Origin: Elusimicrobiota bacterium
GTDB taxonomy: Bacteria; Elusimicrobiota; Elusimicrobia; UBA1565; UBA9628
NCBI GenBank assembly: GCA_027319565.1
Contig: DAHVNA010000003.1
Span: 29,042 to 93,041, forward strand
DNA: 64,000 nucleotides
Direction of reading: 5' to 3'
Positions 9,952 through 19,922 of the stretch are shown in pieces. Position 1 is the first letter of the stretch. Every line of letters begins with the position of its first letter. The notes below the pieces were generated by a model, which made no database searches, was not told where the DNA came from, and saw only the letters and a program-made list of their open reading frames with translations. The position numbers and the translations under genes are program-made.

Positions 9952-10958
9952 TAGAGAACCTCCATATATCCGCCGCCCCAGGCAAGCCCGGCCCCCAAAA
10001 CGGCGTAAACGATCTGATCTCCTTTCTTAAACCGGCTCCAATTTTGCGCGAGAACCGAGGGGCACCCTGCGGCGGCGATATTTCCTTGCTCCCGCACGTT
10101 TCTCAAATGGCGTTTTTCCGGAAGCTGCAAATGTTCAAGAATGGAATTTTGCATCACGAAATTAGCTTGGTGGGCGATGGTATAACAATCTTCGGCATAA
10201 AGCCCTTTTCGTTGGGCTATTTCCTCGAACATCTCGCAGGTTTTCCGTATTGAAAACTCGCGAACCGCCGCTCCGTTTTGCCTAAAATGTCCGACGGAAT
10301 CAATCACGATTTCATCGGCATCTTCCGATCTGGTTTCAAAAATCACAGGTTCGACCTTCAGTCGCCCCGGATGCTTGGACGAGACCACTTCCGCCGCCGC
10401 TCCGTCTCCCCAAATATATCCATCGATACTTTTGGCTGAATAGTCCGTGCGCGTCGTGTAAGCCGAGGACTGAACGCAAAGAATAAATTCCGGAAGACTT
10501 TCCTTTTCCATATCCGCAAGGGTTTTCATATGGAGAGAAAAACTCGAGCACGCGGAGTTGATATCGCAGTGCGGCCCCGGCCGAGCGCCCAGTTCCCGCG
10601 CGATTTGATTGGCCAGGCAGGGAATCATTTCAAAGGGCGTGTCGCAGTTAGCGATCACCCAACCAATTTGACTCGGAGAAACACGGGCGCGCTCTAAAGC
10701 TTGTCTTGCCGCCAAAACCGCAAGGCTTAACGGCGTCTCGCCGCGAGAGCGGGCGTGCAAAATCGCTTGATCAGGGTTTTTATTTTTAGTTTCCCGGAGA
10801 TAATCAAGGCTTAAAACCGAATAACGGCTGTTGATGCCAAGCCGAGAATCCACCCAGTCCTGGCCTTTTTCAAGCCCCACTTCCCGATGCAGAAAATCAT
10901 TGCTTATTTCCGTTTTCGGGAGAGAACTGCCGATGCCGTGAATGTAAAACCCGCCCAT
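9951..10958 (-). CDS. fabH: 3-oxoacyl-ACP synthase III family
   Basis: Cys-His-Asn triad: SACSSF, AHQAN, GNIAAA; GDGAAA; GAGLAWG. Confidence 0.88.
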   Translation of the reverse strand: MGGFYIHGIGSSLPKTEISNDFLHREVGLEKGQDWVDSRLGINSRYSVLSLDYLRETKNKNPDQAILHARSRGETPLSLAVLAARQALERARVSPSQIGWVIANCDTPFEMIPCLANQIARELGARPGPHCDINSACSSFSLHMKTLADMEKESLPEFILCVQSSAYTTRTDYSAKSIDGYIWGDGAAAEVVSSKHPGRLKVEPVIFETRSEDADEIVIDSVGHFRQNGAAVREFSIRKTCEMFEEIAQRKGLYAEDCYTIAHQANFVMQNSILEHLQLPEKRHLRNVREQGNIAAAGCPSVLAQNWSRFKKGDQIVYAVLGAGLAWGGGYMEVL

Positions 10959-11939
10959 CTATAATCCCGAGATCGCTTCTCCGCCGTCAACGCGCAGAAC
11001 CTCGCCATTGACCCAGGAAAAACCGGGGAGACAAACCTGATAAATTGTCTCGGCCACGTCCTCGGGAGTAGTCAGGCGGTGATAAGGGTTTCTCATGCGC
11101 GCCTGGGCCTTCATTAAATCGAAATTGGGGATCGCGTTTCCAGCCGGGGTATCGGTAATTCCGGCTTGAATCACTAATGAGCGCGCGCCGTAAGGCGCCA
11201 ATTCCACCGCTAAAGCCCGGCAAGAAGCCTCCAGAGAACACTTCGCCGCTGAAACCGCAGCATATCCCTTCCAAGCGATTTCATTCCCTTCCGATGTCAT
11301 CGCGATGAGACGCGCCTCTTTGCTCAAAAGCCCTTCCTTGGACAACTCCCGCCCCCAAAGCAGATAGTCATACCCCATCATCCAAATCGTACGGCTCAAA
11401 TCTTCTTCGCTTAATAAATCCTCGCGATAGGGAATGCGGCTATCGGCCAAGGTATAGAGGGCATCACATTTTTTTTCATGAAAAGCCTCGTTAATCGCCG
11501 CGCGCAAAACTTCGGCGGAAGCGGAAACGCCGCGTTTTGAGAGAGACTCCGACAATCCCTTGATAGCCGCGCCTTTAAAATCGGGGGTTTTATCTTCCAA
11601 GATGAGTTTGCACGCTCCTGCCGCCACCGAATGCATAAAAAGATGAACCCCTTGAGGCCCCGCTTCCTTAGAGAGGCTTTCAAAAACAAGCCCGCGCTCG
11701 TCTTCATCGAATAAATTGACGTTGTGGGTGACCAAGCGAACGCCCAAAGAGCGAATTTCATCAAAATGAGGCTTTATCGAAGTTTCAACAACGCCTTCTT
11801 TGTCTTTATGCGCGATAAAAATATTGAGCCCGCTCTGGGCCAAGCGCTTGGCCGCGGCCAAGCCAAAACCGGAAGAGCCGCCTAAAATGACAGCCCAAAG
11901 ATTTTTCCCGACAAACGGCTTTTCTTCAAAATGAGCCAT
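10959..11939 (-). CDS. Enoyl-ACP reductase-like SDR (FabI/FabL type) with internal insertion
   Basis: LGGSSGFG, YAAVSAAK (YX6K), QAGITDTPA, RLTTPEDVA. Confidence 0.82.
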   Translation of the reverse strand: MAHFEEKPFVGKNLWAVILGGSSGFGLAAAKRLAQSGLNIFIAHKDKEGVVETSIKPHFDEIRSLGVRLVTHNVNLFDEDERGLVFESLSKEAGPQGVHLFMHSVAAGACKLILEDKTPDFKGAAIKGLSESLSKRGVSASAEVLRAAINEAFHEKKCDALYTLADSRIPYREDLLSEEDLSRTIWMMGYDYLLWGRELSKEGLLSKEARLIAMTSEGNEIAWKGYAAVSAAKCSLEASCRALAVELAPYGARSLVIQAGITDTPAGNAIPNFDLMKAQARMRNPYHRLTTPEDVAETIYQVCLPGFSWVNGEVLRVDGGEAISGL

Positions 11940-11944
11940 GGCTT

Positions 11945-11953
11945 ATTATAACA
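11945..11953 (-). promoter_or_regulatory. Extended -10 promoter (TGtTATAAT) 5 nt upstream of the enoyl reductase ATG
   Basis: Minus strand reads aaTGtTATAATaagccATG. Confidence 0.65.
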
Positions 11954-12012
11954 TTTGATTTTAACTACCCCCACTGGACATCCACAGCGGAAACCTTGCT
12001 ACAATAGACTCG

Positions 12013-12993
12013 ATGCGCCGCTTAAATAAAAGCGTGTTTTTTGTCTCCGCCTTTTTGTTCGCGGCTTCCGCTTGGGGACAAACGGACATCTCATCTAGGT
12101 ATTTTAAGTCCGGATGGGCCAAGGCTAAGGCTCCCGACTTTGCCCCAATCAAGTCAAACCCAGTCTTGGTCCAAAAACCCGGGGACACTTTCCACGCCGA
12201 ATACGCTCGCCCCACCCATATTTTCGTCACGGAAATGGCTTACCAGCTGTATTCTTCGCAGTTTGGCGGCGGAGAAATGGCCCAATACTTGCCGAAAATT
12301 GTCAAAGCCTCATATGAAGAAGATATGCCGTTTAAAAATCCCTTCGGACAACTGATCCCTGAATTGCGGCATTTTTGGGATCCCCGGCGAGGACTTAAAA
12401 AAGGGCTGGCCGGCTATGACAGCGCGGTAGACCGCGCCTATAAATATTTTACCGGCGGATACGGAATTGATGGGAAATACGACCCGCGCTGGTCCGTAGA
12501 AGGAGTCAAGGGACAAGGAATCATTTTTCTTTACCGCGCGGGAGAAAAAGTCCAGGCCTACGAATACTTAGGACATGTCGCCCATTTGTTAGAGGATCTC
12601 ACCGTCCCAGCCCACACTTTATTATGGCCTCACCTGCACGCTATTCCCGGAAGCGACGCATATGAAACTTACGCGGAAACTCACTTCCGCGAAAACTTCA
12701 AAATGCCAAGCTCAAACGTGGAATCATTTTCTTCTCTCTACGATCTTTTTAACCAAACGGCCCGAACCACCCAGGAGTTCGACGCCGGATTCGGCCCCGG
12801 GCCTCTTGAAGGAAAAGACGGGACGCTCGACCGCGGTCAAAGAAGAAAGGACGGGTTTACCCCCTTGGAACTCCAAGAAGAAGCCCGGGTTTTGTTGCCG
12901 CTCGCCGTCAAGCGCGTAGCCGCTCTTTTTCTCTATTTTCAAAACCAAGCTGCTAATAATTTTTCCAAGCCACTGATTCCTTCTCTTAAATAG
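12013..12993 (+). CDS. Secreted zinc-dependent phospholipase C/P1 nuclease-fold protein
   Basis: Signal peptide ending ASAWG; THIFV, RHFWDP, LGHVAHLLEDLTVPAH, YETY Zn-ligand pattern. Confidence 0.75.
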   Translation: MRRLNKSVFFVSAFLFAASAWGQTDISSRYFKSGWAKAKAPDFAPIKSNPVLVQKPGDTFHAEYARPTHIFVTEMAYQLYSSQFGGGEMAQYLPKIVKASYEEDMPFKNPFGQLIPELRHFWDPRRGLKKGLAGYDSAVDRAYKYFTGGYGIDGKYDPRWSVEGVKGQGIIFLYRAGEKVQAYEYLGHVAHLLEDLTVPAHTLLWPHLHAIPGSDAYETYAETHFRENFKMPSSNVESFSSLYDLFNQTARTTQEFDAGFGPGPLEGKDGTLDRGQRRKDGFTPLELQEEARVLLPLAVKRVAALFLYFQNQAANNFSKPLIPSLK

Positions 12994-13046
12994 GCCCGGC
13001 CGTTCTCCAGACACCAACAGACATTTTAATTTGCTATTTTTTAGTC

Positions 13047-13847
13047 ATGGAGAACGTTGACCACTTGCCCGCAACTTCCGTGATTTCCGAGAAAACTTTC
13101 GGAAAAGTCCGCTGCCTTGTTTTTAACCATCCGCCTTCAAACAATCTCTCGTTATCTTTTTTCGACGCGTTTGAGGCCGCTCTTAAAGTCGCCCAGGAAG
13201 ACTCCGGCGTTCGCGCTGTTTTGCTTGCCTCTTCAATCCCGAAATACTTCTCGGCGGGCCTGGAATTATCCGAACTTTTCTCATCGGAGGAAAAGACTCG
13301 AACCCGTTTATTCCTGCGTTTGGTTGACCTTCACAAAAAACTCGCCCATTTTCCGAAACCGACCGTCGCCGCCATCGAAGGCTCCGCCTTTTTGGGCGGT
13401 TTTGTCTTGGCCCTGGGATGCGATTTTCGCCTCATGGCCGAGGAAACCGGACGCGTTTCTCTCAGCGAGATTCGCTTGGGCCTTTCCCCCACCCTTCCAC
13501 TGATTTCTCTTGTCGCCTCGATGTCCGGGCGTCCGGGATTAATTAAAGACCTCATTTTAAAAGGAAAGACTCTCAGGGCCGGAGAAGCTCTTGAAGCAGG
13601 ACTCGTGGACCATATTTTTCCTAATTCTAATTTCTTTGAAACATCCATCAAGGAAGCCGAGAAACTCTCGAAACTGCCGCCGATGGCCTATGCGGCGATT
13701 AAAACCTCTCTTCGCGCGGTTTTGATGAAAGATGAGGAGAAACTCTGGGAAAAAGGGCTGGTGGAATTTAATTCCCTTTTTGCGGGAGAAGAAGCCCAAG
13801 AAGGCGTTCGCGCGATGTTTGAGAAAAGAAAGCCGCGATGGGAATAA
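13047..13847 (+). CDS. Enoyl-CoA hydratase/isomerase (crotonase family)
   Basis: FSAGLEL, PKPTVAAIEG..LGGFVLALGCDFR, EIRLGL, EKRKPRW C-terminus. Confidence 0.92.
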   Translation: MENVDHLPATSVISEKTFGKVRCLVFNHPPSNNLSLSFFDAFEAALKVAQEDSGVRAVLLASSIPKYFSAGLELSELFSSEEKTRTRLFLRLVDLHKKLAHFPKPTVAAIEGSAFLGGFVLALGCDFRLMAEETGRVSLSEIRLGLSPTLPLISLVASMSGRPGLIKDLILKGKTLRAGEALEAGLVDHIFPNSNFFETSIKEAEKLSKLPPMAYAAIKTSLRAVLMKDEEKLWEKGLVEFNSLFAGEEAQEGVRAMFEKRKPRWE

Positions 13848-14671
13848 ATTCTCTTTTTTCTCCGGAACTCCTTAAGGGCAAGGTGGCCGTCGTCACCGGA
13901 GGCGGAACAGGAATCGGGAAAGTGATCGCGCTAGATTTTGCGCGCCACGGGGCCAATGTCGCGGTCGTTTCTCGAAATATCGATCGCCTCAAGGAAACGG
14001 TTCTTGAAATCGAAAAATTGGGAGCGGAAGCGGCGGCTTTTCCCTGCGATGTCTCTCTTCCGGAACAGGTGCGCGCCGCCTCCCGTGCCGTGATCGAAAA
14101 ATTTAAGCGCGTCGATATTTTAGTCAACAATGCCGCCGCCAATTTTATCCGACCGTCCGAAAAATTAACCTCCGTTCGCTGGAAAAAGGTCATCGACATC
14201 GTTTTAAACGGAACTTTCTATTCAAGCCTTGAATTTGGCCGAGAAATGCTCGCCCAAAAAAGCGGGCGGATCATTAATCTTGTCGCCGCCTACGCCTGGA
14301 CCGGAGCGCCAGGCCTTCTTCCTTCGGCTTCGGCAAAAGCGGGAGTGGTCGCCCTCACCAAAACCCTCGGAACGGAGTGGGCCTCGCGAGGAGTCCTGGT
14401 CAACGCCATCGCGCCAGGCCCGATAGACACTCCCCAGACCCGCGAACGCCTTTGGCCGACCCCGGAAATGGAAAAACAAATTCTCTCCAGCATTCCATTG
14501 GGACATTTTGGAAAAGAAGAGGATGTCTCGGCCTTAACTCTTTTTTTGGCCTCGGAACTTGGAAGGAATATCTCGGGCGAGGTTATCACCTCCGATGGAG
14601 CGCAAAGCCTCGGAAGAGGAGCTCTCGATTTACTCAATGCCGCCGCCAAGAATCACCCTAACAACGATTAA
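13838..14671 (+). CDS. 2,4-dienoyl-CoA reductase-like SDR
   Basis: TGGGTGIG, NNAAANFIRPSEKL..VIDIVLNGTF, SASAKAGV (no catalytic Tyr), NAIAPGPI. Confidence 0.85.
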   Translation: MGINSLFSPELLKGKVAVVTGGGTGIGKVIALDFARHGANVAVVSRNIDRLKETVLEIEKLGAEAAAFPCDVSLPEQVRAASRAVIEKFKRVDILVNNAAANFIRPSEKLTSVRWKKVIDIVLNGTFYSSLEFGREMLAQKSGRIINLVAAYAWTGAPGLLPSASAKAGVVALTKTLGTEWASRGVLVNAIAPGPIDTPQTRERLWPTPEMEKQILSSIPLGHFGKEEDVSALTLFLASELGRNISGEVITSDGAQSLGRGALDLLNAAAKNHPNND

Positions 14672-16410
14672 TATCGATATTGAATCAAGATCGGACTTGG
14701 ATGATCGGCATTAGGGCCGGCCAGAACAAGCACTCGCCTCTTGGCAAAAGGAACAATCCCTAAAATTGTCTGATGGGCCGGATAACGAGCCTGAAGAATC
14801 ATCTGGCCTCCTTGGAGTTTGAAAACCAAAAGCTCTCCTCCCTTTGAGTCAAAGGCCCAAAGCCTTCCATCAACCCAAGCCATGGCTGTCACGGCAAACC
14901 CATTTCCCAAGGAATAGGCCTGGGTTTGCGTCGGATCAGAACCGTGCTGGTAAAGGAGCCCATTGACCGCATCATAAGACCACAGGGATTTTCCATCGAA
15001 AGCCAGAGCCGTCGGCGCCGGGCCCGGAGCGGGATAACTCTCGGAAACAACCCCAGGGTCGGAAGAAGAATGCTCAATGAGGCGGGCTTGGGCCGCGTCC
15101 AAAGACCATAAATTGCCTTTCCCAAATACGAGAGAAGAGGGATGATAGGGCTTCGTCGCCAAAACCTTGGCGCTCCGAGTAATCGTATCGGCCTTTTGAG
15201 GAGAAAATGACTTTAAATTCCCATCCCAGTCGGAGGCCCAAAGCATGTTCCCGTCAAAGGCAAGCCCCGTGGGATTGGAAAGAGAAACCGCTTGAACCGA
15301 AAGGGCATGAAAATGGAAACGGTTAAAATAATTCCAAACTCGATATCCCCCAACGCTCACAACCGCCAAGGCCAGGATAGAAAACCAAAACCCCTTGCGC
15401 TTAAGCGTTCTCAAAGCCGGGTGGGGACTCTCCACTTTTTCTGAAACCCTCTTCATGAAGGAAGATAATTTCGCCGTCGCCTCCGCCGATTCACGCACGC
15501 TCTGATTCATCGCTTCGGTAAAGCGCAAATGTTCCGATTCCTTTTTCTCAAGGTCGGCATGCCAACTCTCCCGCTCTTTCCGCAAATTTTCTTCCCAAGA
15601 GGATAATTCCGCTCTCTGGTTTTGCCAAGCAGAGCGCTCACGGTCCCAAAGCTCCTTCCATTCCGCGCGCTCTTGCTCCCAAATTTTGGAAAGCTCTTCC
15701 AAATGTTTTTCCAAATCGGCGACTTTTTTAAGGGCCCCCGCCTTATCTTTTTCCGCCTCGCTTAAGCGATGCCTTTCTTCCAATAGTTCCGCCAAGGTTT
15801 TTTCAAGGGCGGTCTTGGCCTCCCGGAGACTCTGGGATGATTTTTCCAAATCGCGGGATAAAACGGATGATTCCTGCTGGACTCGCCCGGTCAAAGCCTG
15901 CGTCTCCCGCAAACTTTGGAGGTATTCCTCCTCTTTTTTTTGCCACATTTCCTCTTGGCGTTCGAGAATTTTTTGCTGTTCGGATAAGCGCTCCCGGGTT
16001 TGAGACAAAAGAGACTTGAGCTTTTCTTTTTCGATAGCGTGATTTTTTCTCTCTTCTTCCAAACTCTTTAAAGCCGCTTCGATTTTGCCCTCGGTCTCAA
16101 GCCCGCCGTGTAAAATGGCCGCCTCTTGCCCCGACAGTTCACTCTTCAGATGTTGGATTTCGCCGCGCAAGATCGCTTCCCGTTGTCTTGATTCCTCCAA
16201 AGCCTTATATCTCGAGCTTAGGAGTTCGGAAAGTTCTTCCGCTTCGCGCCGGCTTTTTTTACGGACTAAAGACAAGGCCTCCCAAGCGGCTTGGGAAGGA
16301 AATGCCTGACCCTCGCCCGAGAAAGGAATCAGAAATTCAGAGGAAGAAGATTCGGCCTTTCTCCACAAATCCTCAAGATTGTCCTCAAATCCGAAAAGAT
16401 CTTCCGCCAT
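14668..16410 (-). CDS. Coiled-coil, single-TM protein with C-terminal beta-propeller-like domain
   Basis: About 280 aa of E/K/R/L heptad-rich sequence, TM FWFSILALAVVSVGGY, repeats PTGLAFDG..LW / PTALAFDGKSLW; ATG at 16410 follows TACAAT. Confidence 0.75.
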   Translation of the reverse strand: MAEDLFGFEDNLEDLWRKAESSSSEFLIPFSGEGQAFPSQAAWEALSLVRKKSRREAEELSELLSSRYKALEESRQREAILRGEIQHLKSELSGQEAAILHGGLETEGKIEAALKSLEEERKNHAIEKEKLKSLLSQTRERLSEQQKILERQEEMWQKKEEEYLQSLRETQALTGRVQQESSVLSRDLEKSSQSLREAKTALEKTLAELLEERHRLSEAEKDKAGALKKVADLEKHLEELSKIWEQERAEWKELWDRERSAWQNQRAELSSWEENLRKERESWHADLEKKESEHLRFTEAMNQSVRESAEATAKLSSFMKRVSEKVESPHPALRTLKRKGFWFSILALAVVSVGGYRVWNYFNRFHFHALSVQAVSLSNPTGLAFDGNMLWASDWDGNLKSFSPQKADTITRSAKVLATKPYHPSSLVFGKGNLWSLDAAQARLIEHSSSDPGVVSESYPAPGPAPTALAFDGKSLWSYDAVNGLLYQHGSDPTQTQAYSLGNGFAVTAMAWVDGRLWAFDSKGGELLVFKLQGGQMILQARYPAHQTILGIVPFAKRRVLVLAGPNADHPSPILIQYRY

Positions 16411-16475
16411 GACCTTATTGTAAGGCCCCAAAGCCCAAAAATCAATATCGGAATTGTTACGGGAAAAGAAAAGAC

Positions 16476-17453
16476 CTAGGTGAACAACTCAAGATGAGCG
16501 GTCAAACCGGACTTTTTGGAAAGCTGAACGGCTTGTTTAAACAAAATCTCCGCCGCGCGCGTTTCGCCCAGAGCATGCAAAACCTGGGAGAGAGAAATTT
16601 GAGCCAAGACAAGACCGCGGTTTTCATGAGCCCTCTTAAATAAGGCTAAAGCCTGGCCTAAAAACCGGCGAGCGTCTTTTAAATTTCCCTGTTGCATATC
16701 GACCCGCGCAAGACCCCATTCGACATAACCCAGATCGGCCGGATCTCCCAGCTTGCGGTAAAGAAATCGGGATTTCAGGTAAAGTTCCTTAGCCTCGCCA
16801 TAAAGCCCCTTCTGCCTTAACGCGTTTCCGAGTCCGCAATAGGCATATGCTTTCGCGAACAAATCCGCGCTTTGAGACAATAAATTTTTGGCTTTGCGGT
16901 AATAATTTTCGGAGTCCGAGAGTTTCCCCTGAATCCGGGAAATTCCGCCTAAACCCAATAAAGCGTAAATTTTTCCGTCACCGTCTTTGGCTTTTGAGGC
17001 CAGTTCCAAAGACCGAAGATAAGCCTTTTTTGATTTCTCAAGTTGACCGGAAAATCTCAAGGCTCCGCCGAGCGCCCATTCAATGAAAGCGCAGGCCTGA
17101 AAATCCTTTTCCCGAATCTTTCGTTTTAAAAAGGCGTTTAAGCGAGAAATACTCTCCTGATATTTCCCATCCGCCCTGTCGACAAGAATTTCTTCTAAAT
17201 CGACGGATTCTTTTTCATCCATTCTGCCCGCCCGCCGCATCTCAAAGCGCGCGTTTTCAATATATCCGCGAGCGCTGGAAATGTCTCCAATACTTCGCGC
17301 GATAGAGGCCAAGGACAGAAAAGAGTCAAAGCGCAAAGACGGGTCTGAGCTTGTTTTGAGCGCGCGAAGATAAGCCAGCTGAGCTTGTGCAAAAAGCCCG
17401 CGCGCGCGAAAATTCTCCGCTTTCTCTAAAATTTTCCAGGAAAAATCGGCCAT
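16476..17453 (-). CDS. Tetratricopeptide repeat protein
   Basis: Repeated TPR helices (ALGGALRFSG, GLGGISRIQG, GLGNALRQKG); start at 17453 avoids overlap with the divergent gene and follows TATAAT. Confidence 0.85.
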   Translation of the reverse strand: MADFSWKILEKAENFRARGLFAQAQLAYLRALKTSSDPSLRFDSFLSLASIARSIGDISSARGYIENARFEMRRAGRMDEKESVDLEEILVDRADGKYQESISRLNAFLKRKIREKDFQACAFIEWALGGALRFSGQLEKSKKAYLRSLELASKAKDGDGKIYALLGLGGISRIQGKLSDSENYYRKAKNLLSQSADLFAKAYAYCGLGNALRQKGLYGEAKELYLKSRFLYRKLGDPADLGYVEWGLARVDMQQGNLKDARRFLGQALALFKRAHENRGLVLAQISLSQVLHALGETRAAEILFKQAVQLSKKSGLTAHLELFT

Positions 17454-17502
17454 CGTTAGATTATATCTTTCCAGAAGCCTCCGAAATTGTTGTGATATAG
17501 GA

Positions 17503-18360
17503 GTGAAGAAAAAAACCGGGCTATTACTGAGTCTTTTCCTCTTGCCGATTTTAGGCTTTGAGCCGCTCAATGAACCTCCCCAATGGCACGAGGATTCAAC
17601 CTTTCACTACAAAATCCTCCATCAAGATACCTGGCTTCCGATGGGGTTTACGCTCAAGTTGGAAAATATCCACAGCCGCATGAGAATGGATCTCGCTTGG
17701 TGTTGGCCGCCGGTTTCATCTGCCGCCAAAATTCCACTCTACCTCTACCGCAATCAAAGGCTCTATGAAAATGGCCGCTTTCACCCGCCCGCTTGGAGCG
17801 TAGGGCTGGCCGAACCCGGGATACGAACGATTCTCTCTTTCGATCAAAAACCGATGGCCAATCTTTATCAGATCATCGCTCACGAAACCACCCACGTCAT
17901 TTTTGTCTCTTATTGGCTGAGAAAAAACCAAAGCTATCCGCCCTATTGGCTCAACGAAGGCCTAGCGATGGTTGAACAGACCTCAGAAGAGCACTCCAAA
18001 GACTGTTATTGGTATCAACAAATATCTTATCTTTCAGGGCAGAATCTCTTCCCGCTTAAAACATTGATGCGGCTTGAGCCCATGAAAATGAATAATACCA
18101 GCGCCATTCAATTGTGGTATGTCGAGTCTTATTCTCTAATCTATTTCTTGCTGAGAAAGCGCCCCAATTTTTACTTTAAAACCTTCGTCTCTTATCTCCG
18201 GGATGGGCGCTCTTTTAGAACAGCTCTTTGGGCGGGATACCATTACACTCCCCGGCAACTTGAGAGTGAGTGGCATAAATTCTTAAATATCCAAAGCCGA
18301 CATAAAACTTTCGGCCCCATCTCGACTGTCGGCTTTTTCCACGATCTCGGGCCCTCTTAA
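17503..18360 (+). CDS. Exported zinc metallopeptidase (peptidase MA-like)
   Basis: N-terminal hydrophobic segment, HETTH plus downstream WLNEGLA. Confidence 0.8.
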   Translation: MKKKTGLLLSLFLLPILGFEPLNEPPQWHEDSTFHYKILHQDTWLPMGFTLKLENIHSRMRMDLAWCWPPVSSAAKIPLYLYRNQRLYENGRFHPPAWSVGLAEPGIRTILSFDQKPMANLYQIIAHETTHVIFVSYWLRKNQSYPPYWLNEGLAMVEQTSEEHSKDCYWYQQISYLSGQNLFPLKTLMRLEPMKMNNTSAIQLWYVESYSLIYFLLRKRPNFYFKTFVSYLRDGRSFRTALWAGYHYTPRQLESEWHKFLNIQSRHKTFGPISTVGFFHDLGPS

Positions 18361-19412
18361 CGGGGGAATGTTTTAGGAATATTGACGCGAACGGGTTTCC
18401 CGTTGAGAGCTTTCAAAAAAGCGACCAAATCTTTTTTCTGTTGAGAATTAAGCCCCAGTGGATGAATTTCCTTGTCCAGATAAGGGTTGGGGTTTCCGCC
18501 TTTGTTATAAAAATCGATGACCTCTTCCAGTGTTTTTTCCGAACCGTCATGCATATAAGGGTGGGTGTAGAGTAAACCCCGAAGTCCGGGAGTCTTAAAA
18601 CGCCCCTGGTCACCGTCTTTTTTCGTGACCAAATAGCGGCCAAGGTCCGGATGTTTGGCATTCATCCCGACGCCCAAATTATGAAAGCTGGAATCAGAGA
18701 AATTGGGACCAGTATGGCAAGCGTCGCAATGGGCTCTTCCAAAAAACAGATTCATTCCCCGCTGAGCCGACAAAGACAAGGCTTTCTTGTTTCCGGCGAT
18801 AAACCGGTCATAATCTGAATCCCCGGATAAAATAGTTCGCTCAAAACTCGCGATGGCTTCAACAATGCGCTCAGACGTAATCGGCCCGGGGCCGAAAGCC
18901 TTTCTAAACATTTTTTGATAGCCTTTAATTTGCCCAATTTTCTGTTCGACTCCTTTGAGGGAAAATCCCATCTCCACCGGATTTTGAATCGGGCCCTTGG
19001 CCTGCTCTTCTAAGCTGGGGGCTCTCCCATCCCAAAATTGGAGTTCGTTATAAGTCGCGTTGAAAACAGGCGGAGCGCTACGCGCGCCTTTTAAGCCGTT
19101 AATTCCGGTTGAGACCGGACTCTGATCGGTCCAACCCTTGGCCGGGTCATGGCAGGTAGCGCAGCTAATCGTGTTATTGCGAGAAAGTCTCTTATCGAAA
19201 TACAGATATCTTCCCAAATCCACTTTCTCTTTAGTGATCGGATTGTTTTGAGGAACCTTGGGTTTGCTTAATCCTAAAGGAACTGGATAAGGGTAAGCGG
19301 GAGCGCTGGCGCTTGAATCATCGCCCCAATCATCGGCCAAAAGCCCCCGAGAAAAAAATATCAAGGGCACAAGAAGAGTCAAAGCCAAGACTATATTTTT
19401 TTTCATCATCAT
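18357..19412 (-). CDS. Di-heme cytochrome c peroxidase (CcpA/MauG family)
   Basis: Signal peptide; CATCH and CDACH heme motifs; QFWDGRA, FKTPGLR, PYMHDG. Confidence 0.93.
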   Translation of the reverse strand: MMMKKNIVLALTLLVPLIFFSRGLLADDWGDDSSASAPAYPYPVPLGLSKPKVPQNNPITKEKVDLGRYLYFDKRLSRNNTISCATCHDPAKGWTDQSPVSTGINGLKGARSAPPVFNATYNELQFWDGRAPSLEEQAKGPIQNPVEMGFSLKGVEQKIGQIKGYQKMFRKAFGPGPITSERIVEAIASFERTILSGDSDYDRFIAGNKKALSLSAQRGMNLFFGRAHCDACHTGPNFSDSSFHNLGVGMNAKHPDLGRYLVTKKDGDQGRFKTPGLRGLLYTHPYMHDGSEKTLEEVIDFYNKGGNPNPYLDKEIHPLGLNSQQKKDLVAFLKALNGKPVRVNIPKTFPR

Positions 19413-19451
19413 TTTTTCTCCATTTAAAACCTTATGGGATCGTTACGAATC

Positions 19452-19922
19452 CTACGCTAAAAAAGAGCGCAACATCCAGGCCATTTTTTCATGCTGTTCC
19501 ATGAGCCCTGTCAGAAAATCATTGGTACCCATATCACCGCTCAACTCACAAACCTTAAGCTGAGCTCTCAAATCTCCAATGAGAGTTTCATGATCCGACA
19601 AAAGCTCTTGAAGCATTTCCTGATCCTTAAGGCCCTTTTTCGCGGGCTCTTTAATAATGGAAGCCTCCAAAAATTCTGCCAGGCTTCCAAAAGATCTTTC
19701 GCCCAAAGCCCGCGCTCTTTCGGCGACCTCATCAATAATATCGTCCAACTCCTCATACTGCGCTTCAAAAAATTTATGGAGATCGTTAAACCTGGGTCCG
19801 ACGACATTCCAATGAAAATTGCGCGTCTTGGTATAAAGGACATATTCCGTCGATAAGATTCGGTTTAAAATACCCGCGACTTCCTTTTGGCCCTTTTCTC
19901 CGATTCCGATATTCGTTTTCAT
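19452..19922 (-). CDS. dps: Dps DNA starvation/ferritin-like protein
   Basis: KTRNFHWNVVG, DEVAER, HEKMAWML; AGGAG upstream of ATG 19922. Confidence 0.95.
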   Translation of the reverse strand: MKTNIGIGEKGQKEVAGILNRILSTEYVLYTKTRNFHWNVVGPRFNDLHKFFEAQYEELDDIIDEVAERARALGERSFGSLAEFLEASIIKEPAKKGLKDQEMLQELLSDHETLIGDLRAQLKVCELSGDMGTNDFLTGLMEQHEKMAWMLRSFLA

